DNA from: Klebsormidium nitens
Lineage: Eukaryota; Plantae; Klebsormidiophyceae
Reading direction: 5' to 3'
NCBI GenBank assembly: GCA_000708835.1
Contig: DF236951.1
Span: 456,666-520,665 of the forward strand
Length of the DNA: 64,000 nucleotides
This document shows, piece by piece, positions 46,900 through 60,231 of the stretch; the first letter of the stretch is position 1, and each line of letters opens with the position of its first letter. Both the position numbers and the translations under genes were made by a program. The notes below the pieces were generated by a model that worked only from the letters and a program-made list of their open reading frames with translations, was not told where the DNA came from and made no database searches.

Positions 46900-48513
46900 C
46901 GATGTGTCAGCACCAGAAGAACCGCAGCCGGACGTCCGGGACCTCCGGGAAAACCGCTCGTGCAGGACGTCGGCTGGGAGGTGCTGTCTGTCAAGACGAG
47001 CGCGCGTCCGTCGTCGACAATCTGCAGGTCAATCTGGAGGGTTTCAGGGTCTTGTCGTAGTAGTCTGCGTTTTGAGATTTGAGGACTGAAAGGTCTACGG
47101 TTTCTGATCCTCTTATGCCGGTCGCGTTGTAAAGGGGTTGCAAGGGATTGAACAGGCGATCGATGAAATCAAACTTCAAAACTCATCAGGAGAGGTTGCG
47201 GCCGGCGCTGTTAGAGAAGCCTTCTGTGGAGCCCAAGAAAGAATGCGTTCTGAGGGGTATTTGAAAGAAAATTCAGAGCCCAACGTGGCTGCTGACGTGG
47301 CGGCGGACGCAGAAGATGAGGCGCACAACTTGGGGACGACTCCCAAAACTTGAAGGACAGAGTTGCCAAAGTACGGGGCCACCTGCGAAGGGCGCATGAA
47401 TCTAATTTCTCGGTTCGTATAAGGTTCACGTGCAAGAGAGGAGAAGCTCGGAGTTCAGAGTGTTTTCCAACCTCCGAGCTTTAGTGGAAGAGTTCAAGGC
47501 CTCCGTGAAAGACTCTATGACAAAAGCACAGGAACCAAAAGCGAAAGGCGGGTTGAATCACGTTCGTATGCTTCACTTCGGCATGATTGCCCAAAAATCA
47601 AGTCAAAAGCAATCTGAAACCTCTGCAGTGAATTGGTCGACTCGACATGGAACTCACTTCTTGGGGTTCCGGAACTAGCTTACCTGCAAAGCTGGCTCAT
47701 CGGCACCAAGATGTTCGCTGACGCCAGAAGCGGGATCAAAAAACAGAAAAGCCATTTTGACAATCTGGAGGACGCACTCCCCGCGCACCGGAGCTTGACG
47801 TCGAACGGCTCCAGAATCGATATCAACATTCGCAAAGACGGCCGCCCCCGCCCCCCATGGATTCAGGTTGTCGATCTTGTCCTTGAACGCGCGTGAGCGT
47901 GGCCACGAGCGCGACCTTGAAGAACGTGATGGGCGCTGGCGCCATGACAAGAGTCCTGCTTAAAAGAGAAGAACTTTGATCACAAGAGGGCAATCAAGAT
48001 TCGTCCGTTCGTTCAAAGATTGATTCTGGGCTCCCGCGTTTTGGCAATTACTCATCATGCGAACTCGGCTTCGAGCAAGACCTTATCCTAACGTTCTATA
48101 GAGCATTGAAATTGGCCAGATCAAGCCTCGTTGTGAGCAAACTTCAATGGCCACTCGGCAGCTATATATCATTCATGCTTCGAAGCATGGGTGAAGAATC
48201 TCGCCTAAGCAGATCCAAACATGGCAGAAAGCGAGAGGAACACATAGAAGAACTAGAGCAGAGAACGGCAAGTAAAAGGAAAAGCCTTTCGGGCCGCAGA
48301 GATAGACAGCAGTTCGTCAGATTCAACAAGCAAAAGGCGAACCGCCTCAAGGCGCGGCTGCTTCAGAAAACAGGTTCGCCAGGTAGTTTTGCGGTTGCGT
48401 GCATCTTAAAGTTGGATAACGGCACCAAAAGCAGGGTAAGTATTCTAGACTCACAAGAGACTCGAAGCTTTGATGTTGAACCCCGACACCTTTGGGCAGG
48501 ACTGATTGAATGA
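46900..48513 (+). pseudogene. Fragmented, decayed ORF remnants of unknown origin (possible TE or pseudogene)
   Basis: Protein-like segments (GLQGIEQAIDEIKLQ; HFDNLEDALPAHR..INIRKDG..PPWIQVVDLVL) in shifting frames with stops. No domain recognised. Confidence 0.2.
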
Positions 48514-49825
48514 GCTCCAAAACTGATAATGTCAGATGAGATGAGAGAGTGCACAACAAGAGAAATTCCACCCAACATCATGAGACTAGACAACAAAGAA
48601 AACTCTTTGCAGGCGCGAAGGGTTTTCAGCAGAGAACCCTCGACCCTCTTAAGACTAGGCTCGACAGGGGTCAAGCCTTCTAAGCCCCGAACCTTGAAGG
48701 AACAAGCACAGATCCACCGATCCTCTAGAGATTTTCGACCACAATTTCCCGAGTTGGCCTACTTTGATCTTCTTCAATCGCGAGCTCCGGAGCTCATGGT
48801 GGAAAAACAGCAGATTCACAAAGCAGAAACACAACATCGTAACAAAAAGCCTCACCTCATTTTTGTTTCTCGTTGTGTGGAGGGTTCTGCTGCCTGCCCC
48901 TGTCATTGCCACGGGCTTGGTCTCCAGCCATGATGCACACTGTCAGGGTCCTTCCATCAGAGTGGGCCCGTCCAGGGATACGCTGTGCACGCAAAGCGCC
49001 CAGGGTTGGCCTGAGTAATTCCAGCCACCCAGATAGGCCTGCACAATATTACACCTGATTAGGGTAGAAAAGGTTGAAAGCATTGCCCCCAGGCTATACT
49101 GTGTGGCACGATCACTATGGCAGGAGCATCATAATCCTTCGACGATTTCAGGCTGATGCCACAAGAAGGTTGGGAAAATCGAAATTATGATTTGCCAAAT
49201 GACCGAAGACAGTCAACTCAAATGAAGCGTCAGCAAAGAGCACCAGAACACTTGGGATAGCGGGGTAATTCGAAAAAGGTTGAAGCCGGACAACCGACGT
49301 GTATACGTTACACATCACGTTATAAAGCCCGGGCCCGGGCTTAATTGATCAGTACGTGGGTACTTCGAATTCAGGGCCGTGTGTATCCAACAAGCTCTCC
49401 AATCTACTTGCATGCAAGATCTTTTCCAAAATTAGATACGCTTTCTACGCTTTAGTACTCGAGCGAGAGACGTAGGGAGGACGCGTACGTAGCTGTAGTA
49501 TTCTACTATTGTACACAACTGGACAGACTAGAAGGAGTCTACACTCGGTCCAGGCTTTAACAACCCTCGGCCCTAGTTTATAGCAACCCTGAAAGGACAG
49601 CTCTACACACCAATATATGATCCAACCTACACTGATTTACTTCAGACCAGACTACCTTGTTGCCTTGTCTATGTAGGACGGACCGTGTCTTGATTCCTCG
49701 AACAGCGTCCCTTGCCACAGCGGTACGTACAATTGTACTCAGTGTACGGTGAGTTCGGCCAGTACCACGGTACGTACACGCTACTACCCGGAGCAAACAA
49801 TCGTAAATAGAAGGGAGTGTGAACT

Positions 49826-50641
49826 NNNNNNNNNNNNNNNNNNNNNNNNNNNNNNNNNNNNNNNNNNNNNNNNNNNNNNNNNNNNNNNNNNNNNNNNNNN
49901 NNNNNNNNNNNNNNNNNNNNNNNNNNNNNNNNNNNNNNNNNNNNNNNNNNNNNNNNNNNNNNNNNNNNNNNNNNNNNNNNNNNNNNNNNNNNNNNNNNNN
50001 NNNNNNNNNNNNNNNNNNNNNNNNNNNNNNNNNNNNNNNNNNNNNNNNNNNNNNNNNNNNNNNNNNNNNNNNNNNNNNNNNNNNNNNNNNNNNNNNNNNN
50101 NNNNNNNNNNNNNNNNNNNNNNNNNNNNNNNNNNNNNNNNNNNNNNNNNNNNNNNNNNNNNNNNNNNNNNNNNNNNNNNNNNNNNNNNNNNNNNNNNNNN
50201 NNNNNNNNNNNNNNNNNNNNNNNNNNNNNNNNNNNNNNNNNNNNNNNNNNNNNNNNNNNNNNNNNNNNNNNNNNNNNNNNNNNNNNNNNNNNNNNNNNNN
50301 NNNNNNNNNNNNNNNNNNNNNNNNNNNNNNNNNNNNNNNNNNNNNNNNNNNNNNNNNNNNNNNNNNNNNNNNNNNNNNNNNNNNNNNNNNNNNNNNNNNN
50401 NNNNNNNNNNNNNNNNNNNNNNNNNNNNNNNNNNNNNNNNNNNNNNNNNNNNNNNNNNNNNNNNNNNNNNNNNNNNNNNNNNNNNNNNNNNNNNNNNNNN
50501 NNNNNNNNNNNNNNNNNNNNNNNNNNNNNNNNNNNNNNNNNNNNNNNNNNNNNNNNNNNNNNNNNNNNNNNNNNNNNNNNNNNNNNNNNNNNNNNNNNNN
50601 NNNNNNNNNNNNNNNNNNNNNNNNNNNNNNNNNNNNNNNNN
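49826..50641. other. Assembly gap (N run)
   Basis: Run of N. Confidence 1.
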
Positions 50642-52142
50642 CGCCACTATACCACACTGAGGAGCACTTTCTAACTGAAGTACGGTATACCTACCAAGTT
50701 TTATCACCACATGTCAGTCACGGTTTGTCGGCACCGTTTGGAGATATGAACCGTGCGTGGAAAAAGGAGTCTTATCGAACGGCTCAGGATGCATTACTTT
50801 ACGTCAGCGTTCGCTGGTGGGTGTCAGGCGATTGTCGGTTGAATATTTGTGAAGAAACCGCGCGCCGCGGCCGAGCAAAAGTTGGAAATGAAGTAATTAG
50901 GTAGTAGAATCAGCAGATGCCGAAGGCAAAGGAGAGTATCTCCAATATGACAACAAGGTGGGTAGCTAAGGTACAGCTTCTGACATAATCAGAATCTCAA
51001 CCGCCACTTAATAAAGATTGGATTGATTGCAGATCCCAAGATGGATATGGATCAACATTCGAAGCTGGCATTAAAGGTCGGGTCTCCTGTGTCGCAGTAC
51101 AGATTGCCACTGTCACTGAGCATGCAACCGATCTCTGACAGTCACAGGGGCATTCTGACTTAATTCGATCGACTCTGCATTGCATTTGATTGCTAGTACT
51201 ACCTCGTGAAGCCCGATTGACGTTCTGAGCTAGTACATGCATGCTGCAGCAATCTTCCGTCTGACTTTAACACTGTAGTGCCATATTGACCAGTCCGCGA
51301 CGCTAATTCGGGTGGTCACATCTGATATCCTGAACTTGAAGGCTAGCTAAGATACGGTCAGCCTTGTCAAGGTGCGTCAGGTCCAGCATATAGCATGCAG
51401 TACTTTTACCAAAAAGTGGTAACATTAAGTACGGTAGATGAGGTCAGCCGTCTGTCTCATTGATCATCTATTCGTACATATGACAGTGACACCGTTGCGA
51501 ATCCACTATTCCTGTCAGGCACCTAGAAGACGTGCAGTGGCATCTGCGTCTTCTTATCATGATCAGCAGTCTTGAAGAGTACCGCCTTCGAAGCTTCTAG
51601 AAGATTTGTCAACGGCGATTTCCGCCTTCCTCTTTCCTCACATGACAGTCTTTTCCAAATAGTTCACTCCATTGAGGCCCCGTGACTCATGAGGCTCTTG
51701 CCTCTCCATTCTCCGGGCGTTTGAAGTATCAAAGCGAGGAACATCGGCCGTCCCGGCCAGATTGTCCATCCAGTGGCATTGGCCATCCAGCAGTCCACGG
51801 CTTGAACATCTTGACTGTGCGCTTCATGTGCATGCTCTCTTGTGGATTATTAAAGAGACTGTAGCGCTCCTGCACGGAGCAGGGCCATCCCAGGAGCGGA
51901 TTCCGCCAGGGCCGCCGTCCTTCACAAAACTGGGGTTGCTGCAGGATCTTCAGCATACTTCCGTAGATGCATCCTGCATTTCCTCCTTTGGCTATACAAG
52001 GAGAGCTGAACAAAAAAAAGGATTCAATCTCAGACGTGGTTGCCTTACTGGCGAACGGCTGCTGGCTTCAGAGACTCTATAACTTATCAGCCCTTTGACA
52101 ATCAATCTGCCGTATGACAGTTCACCTGACAGGCGCAGCAGA

Positions 52143-55100
52143 ATGGACGCACTGCCTTCTGGAAATGCAAAGCGTTGGTCAAATGTTAGGCTCCTTCGCT
52201 TGGGTATCATGGTGAGTCTTGTAAGTTTGGATTTTGGCTGTTGCGCTTTCTCCCTAAGAGCAATACACAGGAACCGTGTGATCATGTTAAACAGCTGGTC
52301 GTTTGCAAGTTTGTAACTTGAGTACCTACTCAGTTTTCAGCACCTTAGATTGGATGTTGTAAAGGCAGCTGCTAGACGTAACACCAAAGACGTATGCTTC
52401 TTTTTCAAGGCTTAGAGCTACTAAGGAGGCGCAATTGCTACATGAGAAGAAATGGAGGCAGCCTTAGAAGTCTGGGTGTTCAAATAGCATAGAGTCAACT
52501 TATGCGCAGCTGAAGTTCAATTGTTGTACAAATTACCAATCTTACATAAGCTCTCCAATTGTGGTTCATTGGGACGTCTGCATGGAGTTGCGCTACAGGT
52601 CAGAATCCATCGACGGTTTGCCGGTGGTGCTCCAGTTCAAAATCATGAGCTCTCATAGAAGCTCTGCAAAACCGTGTGACTCTGCATAGCTCAGCAATCT
52701 GAGTGAGCAATCTGAGTGACCCTGTAGGTGCATGAACACCACTCGAGCCAAACTGAAGCATCGCTAAAATTTCTTCACGCTGCCACATTTCTCCTGATTC
52801 AGCCCGGAGCCATTGATTGAGCTTCACTAAAGGCCAAACCCTTGACTTCCAGGGAGTCTCCATTTTCGGGTTCAGTAACACCAAAGCTGAAGAGTCCGAT
52901 GACTTTCCCCCAGGTTCTGCTGGCAAGTCTGCTGGCCGGTACCACGACCATCACATTCCACTTCACGCGCGCCGCCTCCTCGACCTACCTTTCTAGCCTG
53001 GTGCACTCCTACCAAGAAGAGATTCTTCTGCATATTTCCAGCAGCGTCTCTCAGCTGCTGGATGAGGCAGAGCCATGCGGCACAACCTTTGCGCAGTTTC
53101 TCGATGTGATTCACAGCCCAGGCCTCAACCTGACAGTGGATCAGAAACAGGATCTCACAGCATCCTCCCTGAGGAAAACGTTCCAGAGCTGCAACACAGT
53201 CTCCGGCCTGGGACTCACAACGGAGGAGGGGCCCTACGTGATTGTCAATTCTGTTGACAATGCAACAAGCCCCTATGCTAACACAAGTCTGCTGTGGACC
53301 TTTGCAAATCAGACCCTGCCCAAGGGCCAGGCACCCCCACGCTATGTAACGGTGAGCCAATCATTGAAGGAAGCCGGAATCGACATTTGGAAATCTGTAT
53401 ATACAAACAGGTCGTGTTCTTGACCACATTTGAAGCTTGCGAATTATCCCATGCCATATTTCAAGCTTCGAAGGCCTCCGAGCTTTGAAGGGCCGGAGCA
53501 CTACACTCAGGTCGACTTGTGGCAGTAGTCCAGTTGAGCCTCACACGCATCGAGCCGACGCTGGGCATCCTCCACCTCTTTTGTTCGTGACTTAGCACAA
53601 AATCATCACTTTTTCGTGTAGTTGGGACCTCCCATCTAATTATGCACAAAATCAATGTTCTTAGGTAACCTAGCAACAGTGTCCATCTCTTCAGACAGAT
53701 TTGTTCACACCTTCTCCGATCGAACTCTGGGGCGCTTCCGAGACTCTTCGCATCACAAAGTGGTCAGTGTGTTTGCAATTGACTTTCAATTCTCTTGCAA
53801 GACCTGATAAGACTTTCCGCGCTTAGAGAAACGCACTCGCAGTCATCAATCTCGTACTCAACTCTTTGTCTGTGCAGTATGTGTCTCGAGCTGACGGAAG
53901 CTTTGTTGCCAACGTCGCTCCTGACGTCCCTGTCGACATCCGCAACCGGCCTTTCTACCGAACCGCATTGAATAGCCCCGATGGACTAGCGGTCCAAATA
54001 CTCGTCGGGGCAACACGGCACCCTCTTCTGGTCGTTGCCAACCGTTACATGCTGCCTGGATCGAACAAGGTTCTCGGGGTTATTTCCAGTGCGCTGTATC
54101 TGACAGCCATCGAAGACTTCGTCGAGGGGCTCGATCTCAAAGGGGGCGACATGTTCGTTCTAAACGGGACAACGCTCGTAGCAGATTCGGTGCACGACTA
54201 CCGCCAGGCCAATCAGTCAGGAACACCGACTCTGCTTCACGCAAGCCAGTCGAGTAGCCCCCTCATCAGGGGAGCATTTGCGCTCCTCTCGACGCAGTTG
54301 ACTGACTGTGATATAGGCCCGATACAAGCACGCCTTCAGGGGGGGCGCTATAGCATCGCGTGTAAGGATATAGCTTATACCGGGCTTTCGCTCAAGCTGG
54401 TCACGATTCTTCCAAGGAAGGCCGTCTACGGGAAGCTCGATACGCAGCAGCGGTATGCCACGTTCATCATCAGCTCAGTGACAGCTGGCATTTGTGGGCT
54501 GGGTTTCCTGGCTATCATATACCTGACAGACCCTATAAGTAAGGCTATGCGATTGAAGGCGGAGCTGCTTCAGAGTTTCGAGGCGAAGCGGCAAGCCGAG
54601 GCGAGGGAAGAGTTTAAGACCAACTTCTTTGCGAAAACTAGGTGAGCAGACTCTGCCCTTCTCGCTCAATCTGAAAAGCCATCAGCAGGTGGAAAAGGTA
54701 CTCCGGACGTCATTAGACGAGCTGGAATTGTCCTAGAGTTGACGTCCTGAACCTAGTAGGATCATTGCATGAACAGAGTTCCGCGGGCCCTGATTTGAGG
54801 TGCGCTTTGAAAGTTGCTTCAAGTCAAGCAAATGCCTGCTGTTTGCCAAACCGAAAGATCGGTTAGTTCACCGTTCTTTGAGCCTCCTCAGGGAGCCTGC
54901 CACGTCAGCCAAGCTTCCGTAGGCAGCCTATTTCCGCAATCTTGCTCACGGGTTTCGAATTTGCACGCAACTATACCTGCAGAATTGAGCTTCCTGGATC
55001 GACAAGCGGAGAAGCCTGTTTGTCCTTCAATCGCGCGAAGCGAACGGATCATCCAAGCCTTCAGAATTGAGACTAAGGGAAAATATACTATTTGCAGTCA

Positions 55101-58100
55101 CGATCTACGAACTCCCTTGGCCGCGATGCTGGGCATACTGGACATCATTCAGGAGTCAGGTCTGGAAGCGGAGCAGTCGGTCCGGGTGGCTCAGGTCAAG
55201 GAGTGTACCGTCGGTCTCCTGAACCTGCTAAACGATATACTGGATTTCAGCAAGGTACGGAAGCCTTTTTCTCCCAGATTCCAAACAATCTTTGATCGAA
55301 AACAGGACAGACTTGGTTTGAGCGTGTGGGTGCTCTGAACTTACATTCTCAAGTGCACGATATCCAGTGAATCTTATCCGATTCCGAGTTGACGATGTAT
55401 TGATAGATTTGACAGTTGCTGATGTAAATCGCACCGCACGGATTGAAGAGCTGTTTCTCCTCCAGTCCCGACAGCTAGAAGCCGCCTTTCCTGAGCCACG
55501 AGTCGCCTCCTGTATCTTTTCCCTCTCAAGAGCTCAAAACGTCCGCAGTGCGACCGGTTCTTCCCGGACAGGTCTCGGAAGTGACACTTGGTCGGACTAC
55601 CTGCCTGCGGGGCCACTTGACAGCGTACTTTGCAACTAGATATGCGGCGTTTCTGATCTCCGTCGCTTCCTATTTTGAATCACGTGCAGATTCAAGCAGG
55701 GCAGCTGCAGCTGGAGACCGTGGAGTTCGACCTGGGCGCTCTGCTGGAGTCTTTGGTGGACGTGTTTACAGTACAGTGCACTATGAAGGGTGTCGAACTC
55801 GGACTGGACATGCCAGGTATGTGCCTTTCCCAGTTAGGCAACTTTGATTGAGCCGAGGAACTTTGTCATCTCCTCGCCTGGTGTGGTCCGTGATTTCCAA
55901 AGCGTGAACTGTACTTATACTTTTCCTGCGCTGCGAAAGTAAATCAGGCAATTTTAAGGAGCTTTGTCCGCTTAAGCTGCACGACAGGTTGCTAGGATGT
56001 TCGTTGGATACGATCCTCCGCATGCTGGCAGCTTGAGATTTTAGAGGCTCTGAACCTCATGTGAGGTTACGACGTGTCAGTTTTTTTAGAGATTGTAATC
56101 AACTTTCATAGAAGGACTGGGAGAACTGGGAAGGAAAGGCTTGAGAAGGTCAAGGATGCTCACGCAGATACCAGTATTTGAGTAATATAGAACGTTCAGG
56201 AGGTGTTTACGAGGTCGATTAAGTTTGCCTTATAGGAGAAATTCATCACAGCAAATCTTCAGGAGGGAAATGAAGATTCTGCTGTCGTTTTTTGCAGAGC
56301 TGCCCCCGCTAGTTCGTGGCGACCCGACGCGCTGTCGCCAGATCTTCATGAACCTTCTCAGCAACAGCATCAAGTTCACAAAGGTAAGATACCCTTCTTC
56401 AGCTCCATACTACGTATGCAGAGGTTAACCATGTACACGTCACTCTGCAGAATCATGAAGCATTTTGCGCAGGCTGCTGGTCTCATGTCCCGCCCTTGCA
56501 GACTATGTGAAGACACACCCCTGAGTCCTGAGATTCTAAAGATACTAAAGATTTGGTCTTAGAAATTTCACAGCGTCGCTTCAAGCGGCCGCTGCCTCTT
56601 CGGTTCAGATAGATTGCATTAGGAAGTGAAGAACATTTTTCAGTTTTAGAATAGCTCCAAATACGTCGCTGTAGAAAGCAGTTACGGTAGGATGTAATCT
56701 CAGAATAAGAGCGGCTCAAAGCACACTCTCAGGATTGAGCACAACGAAAGGTTTTGAAGGCTGGAAAAGTTGCGAATCTTTGGAGTAGTTATGTACCTTC
56801 ACTGCACATAGAGCGGCTCAGTGCATTCCCTCAAGAGCAAACGTCCCCAATCCTGACCATCGGCTCTGTCGTCACGCTCAAAAATACTTTTAGGCAGCAA
56901 CTCAAAATCTGCTCCATGAAATTCTTCTCTGCAGATTCTCAAGAGCATGGCAGAAACGTGCTGCTTCTTGAACTTTTGACACCCTGCATCTCGCGTCTCT
57001 TCGGTTTCTTCACGTCACTTCATGTCATTCGCGAATAAGCTGTTTTCAAACGCATCTGTCGCCTGTTTCTGGCAGGAGGGCTACATCCTGATCCGGTGCT
57101 ACTTGGAAAACGACAATCAGAGCCCTCGCGACTCTCCTCTCTGGTCCAGCTCGGGGCGAAACCCCTCCCAGTCTTTAACCTCCCCACCAACAGTGAGCCC
57201 ACTGGTTCGTCTGCGGTTCGAACTCGAGGACTCCGGATGCGGCATTCCGCCGGACAAGCGCGCCGTCGTGTTCCAGGACTACGCCCAGGCGGAACTGTCC
57301 ACCACGCGCGAGCACGGGGGAACCGGGCTGGGCCTCGGAATCGTACGAACCCTCGTCGAAATGATGGGGGGTTCGATCGCGATCGGCGACAAGACCGGCC
57401 CCGGGACGCTCTTCCGCTTCGACCTCGCCTTCGCGGCCGCGCGGCCGCCCCCGCTGTCGCCATTGAAACCCCCGGGGGATCCCCCCGTGCACTTCAACGT
57501 AGTGCTCGGCATCTCGAGCTTTCTCACCCGGTCGCTCTCGGCGGCCTCCATGCGGCGGCACGGCGCGACGGTGGTGGAGGCGCTGTGCTGGCGTGACGTC
57601 ATCGAGGCGCTGGGCAGCCTCGCGGAGCATTCGCGCGGCCCGGGGCTGGCCGCCGGGCGCGCGCTCGCGCAGAATTGGGCGTACGGCGACGCACACCAGC
57701 CGGGCGCGGTTCCGGTTCCGGCGATCAGAGTCCGGCGCGCGCAGTCTATGCTGTTCCGCCGGTTTCCCTCGATGACGACCAGAAAAGCGCACGCGCCGGC
57801 GGTAGTGGACCTCGAAGCCGGACGAAGCGTGCGGAGCAAGGATAGGTTCTCCGCGCCGGGGGGGGTCTTGGCGGGCGTGGAGCTACCCCCCAGGCCGCGG
57901 TCGCCACCTGCTGCCCCGAACAGCAAGGTTGTCGACTGTGCGATCCTGGCGTTCTCCCTGCTTCCCAAGGACCTGACCATGAAGGAGTTGGAAGGATATC
58001 TGGCGCAGGTTCATCACGTCCTTGGGAACTCAGGTATGCAGCTAACCCTGTTCCTGTCGTAGAGTTGAAAAGCATTCTTTGTGAGATTGCGACGGTTTCC

Positions 58101-60231
58101 GAGCGCTTCGGGTGGATTCTACATGATCAGCTGCTTCAAGCAGCGGTGCCCTTCAGAGTCGTAGAATTAGTGTTCACACTTGGGCCTCGGAAATGGGCCA
58201 CGCTTTAAGACAGCGGCGCGTCAGATCTTACTCAGAAGTCGAATGGGATCTGAATCTGGAGCATAGTTCTACTACAACGTCTCCGTTCCTGCCTCAATAA
58301 CTGCAGCCCAAAGCTATGTAAACAGCGCTTAATGTTTCTGACACAGCAAAAGACTCACAACTTGCCCGCGGAACAACCTCAAATCGTTTCGTGCGGACGG
58401 CTGACATCGTTCTAACACCCTCGGCAATTGCTCGTATTTCCTTTTCAGAGTCCTTTGATGCATCTCATCAGATCAAGCGTGTTGATTGATTTACCACGCC
58501 CTCTGTATCTGCATCACTCTATTATTTGGCGCTTCTGTTTCCACCGTTTTGAATCTTAATGGCATGACACGCCACGGGCCCACCACGTGGTATCTGTTGA
58601 GGCGACCAGTCGGCTGTGCTGCGGGCCTCTGAGTTCCTAAGCATTCCGGGTTTGCGTTTTAGTGTTTATGGTCAGCATCCCGTGACTCACCCAACTACCT
58701 CCTTCTTTGAGCAGGAATTCAAGGCGGGGCGCACCTGCCGGTCGCATGGGTGGTCAAGGCTTCCACGCCCGTCTGCGTTTGGGACACGCTGCGAAAGGCG
58801 GGCTTCTCGACGATCGCCACCAAACCGCTGTACGAATCCAAGCTGCAGCGCCTGCTGCACACGATGGCCGGAACGGAACCAGGCCCAGCGACGATACCGG
58901 AATCCCCCGAGCCGCTCGGCAGCCCGGGGGAGAGCTTCAGGCAGGGAGACAAGCCGGGGGCCGAGCCGTCGGGGCATTCCGTTGCACGGGACGGCGGAGA
59001 GGGCGCGGAATGGGCGGAACGTCGAGGCGCGCGCGCGGGGGCCGAGCCGTCGGGGAGTTCCGTTGCAGGGGACGACGGACAGGGCGCGGAATGGGCGGAA
59101 CGTCGAGGCGCGCGCGCGCGCGCGGGCCGAGAGGCACTGGGACCGGTGGAGGAACCGGAAGTCGAACGGAGTGACGGAGCAGCGGTTTTGAGCGTCCCCT
59201 CGAAGAAAGAAACGGAGGGTTTGAGCCTCCCTTTGAAAGGACGAACCGTTTTGATCGCCGAAGATAATGACCTTCTGCGGAAGCTTGCAGTCCAGGCGAT
59301 GGTGAGATTGGGCGCGCGCGCCGTCGCGGTCGAGAATGGGCGCCTGGCCGTGGACGAGATCGAGCGGCGGGCCGCGGCCGGCGAGGGGAGGTTCGACTTC
59401 GTGCTTATGGATTTCATGGTGAGACACCTGTACAATCGGCTGCCTGATGCTGGTTCGTGTTTGGTTCTTCCTTCAGACGGTGCGTGCTTCAGATGTCTGG
59501 TTGAAAATCGCAGCCAGCCTGCGGGGAGTCTCGAGCGCCACTCAAAAGAGCGGAGACTTTCGCACAGTCAACGCTACAGGCTGTCTTTGGTCAATCACAG
59601 AATCAATCCGAGGGATTTTAGGTTGTTATGCCCTAGATTATTGATGGTCCAACGACAATTCCGAAGTACTCTCGGAGAAGCTGGAGCCTGCTTTAGAAGG
59701 ATCTTTCATTCACGGTTCTGGAATCTGCTACTGGAAGATGGACCAAAGCCAGCACTCTTTCCTCAAATTCAATAGCCACAGGTGAGGTTTATCCGCTCTG
59801 TGTTCTGGCGAGAAATCTCGTTGAATTTGAAAGAAGCAAGCTTCCAACCGGCTTGCTGTGAGAAGACGTACTTCAGACAGACTCAGCCACTCAAATTGAG
59901 CAATGCCGACGTCGATCTTCCTCCGGCCTTTGCCGTTCATGGTGCAAGCCATCCGGAAGCTAAAGATCTCGTCAACCGTCGATTTTAGATGCCCGTCATG
60001 GACGGTCTTGCGGCGACGCGACTGGTGCGCGACCTCGAGCGCGCGCGCGGGATGGGGGACCACGTGGTCATCGTCGCGCTCACGGCGGGCGCGTCGTGGG
60101 ACGACCAGCGCGCGTGCATCGAAGCGGGGATGGATGTGTACCTCACGAAGCCCATTGATACATCCATGCTCCTTGGGAAAGTGCTGCCGCTACTAGGGGG
60201 AGAAAGCTCGCGTGTACAGATTGAGCACTGA
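52143..60231 (+). CDS. Membrane hybrid histidine kinase of the AHK1/CKI1 type (TM - Cache-like sensor - TM - HisKA - HATPase - pseudo-receiver - receiver), ~1,181 aa
   Basis: Nine phase-consistent exons: 52143-52211, 52914-53351, 53878-54641, 55098-55254, 55690-55816, 56298-56383, 57076-58033, 58715-59418, 59989-60231. H-box SHDLRTPL, N-box NLLSNSIKFT, G1 EDSGCGIP, G2 GGTGLGLGIV, receiver DFVLMDFMMPVMDG..ALTA..YLTKP. TM1 RLGIMVLLASLLAGTTTITFHFT resembles AHK1. The start codon is tentative. Confidence 0.92.
58957..59118 (+). repeat. In-frame 81-bp tandem duplication in the kinase inter-receiver linker
   Basis: GAEPSGHSVARDGGEGAEWAERRGARA followed by GAEPSGSSVAGDDGQGAEWAERRGARA. Confidence 0.92.

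Noticed and set aside
49325-49342. Perfect 18-bp palindrome aagcccgggcccgggctt right after a TATA-like sequence
   Set aside because: No CTRR Helitron end, TIR partner or downstream gene could be tied to it.
43404-50904. Long ORFs of 195-361 aa in the ORF track across N runs
   Set aside because: Artefacts of translating assembly gaps.
51790-51860. Helitron HUH-like motif (LEHLDCALHVHALLWI)
   Set aside because: It lacks the Q-x-R-G part and spacing of the Rep motif, and no other Rep or helicase motif is nearby.
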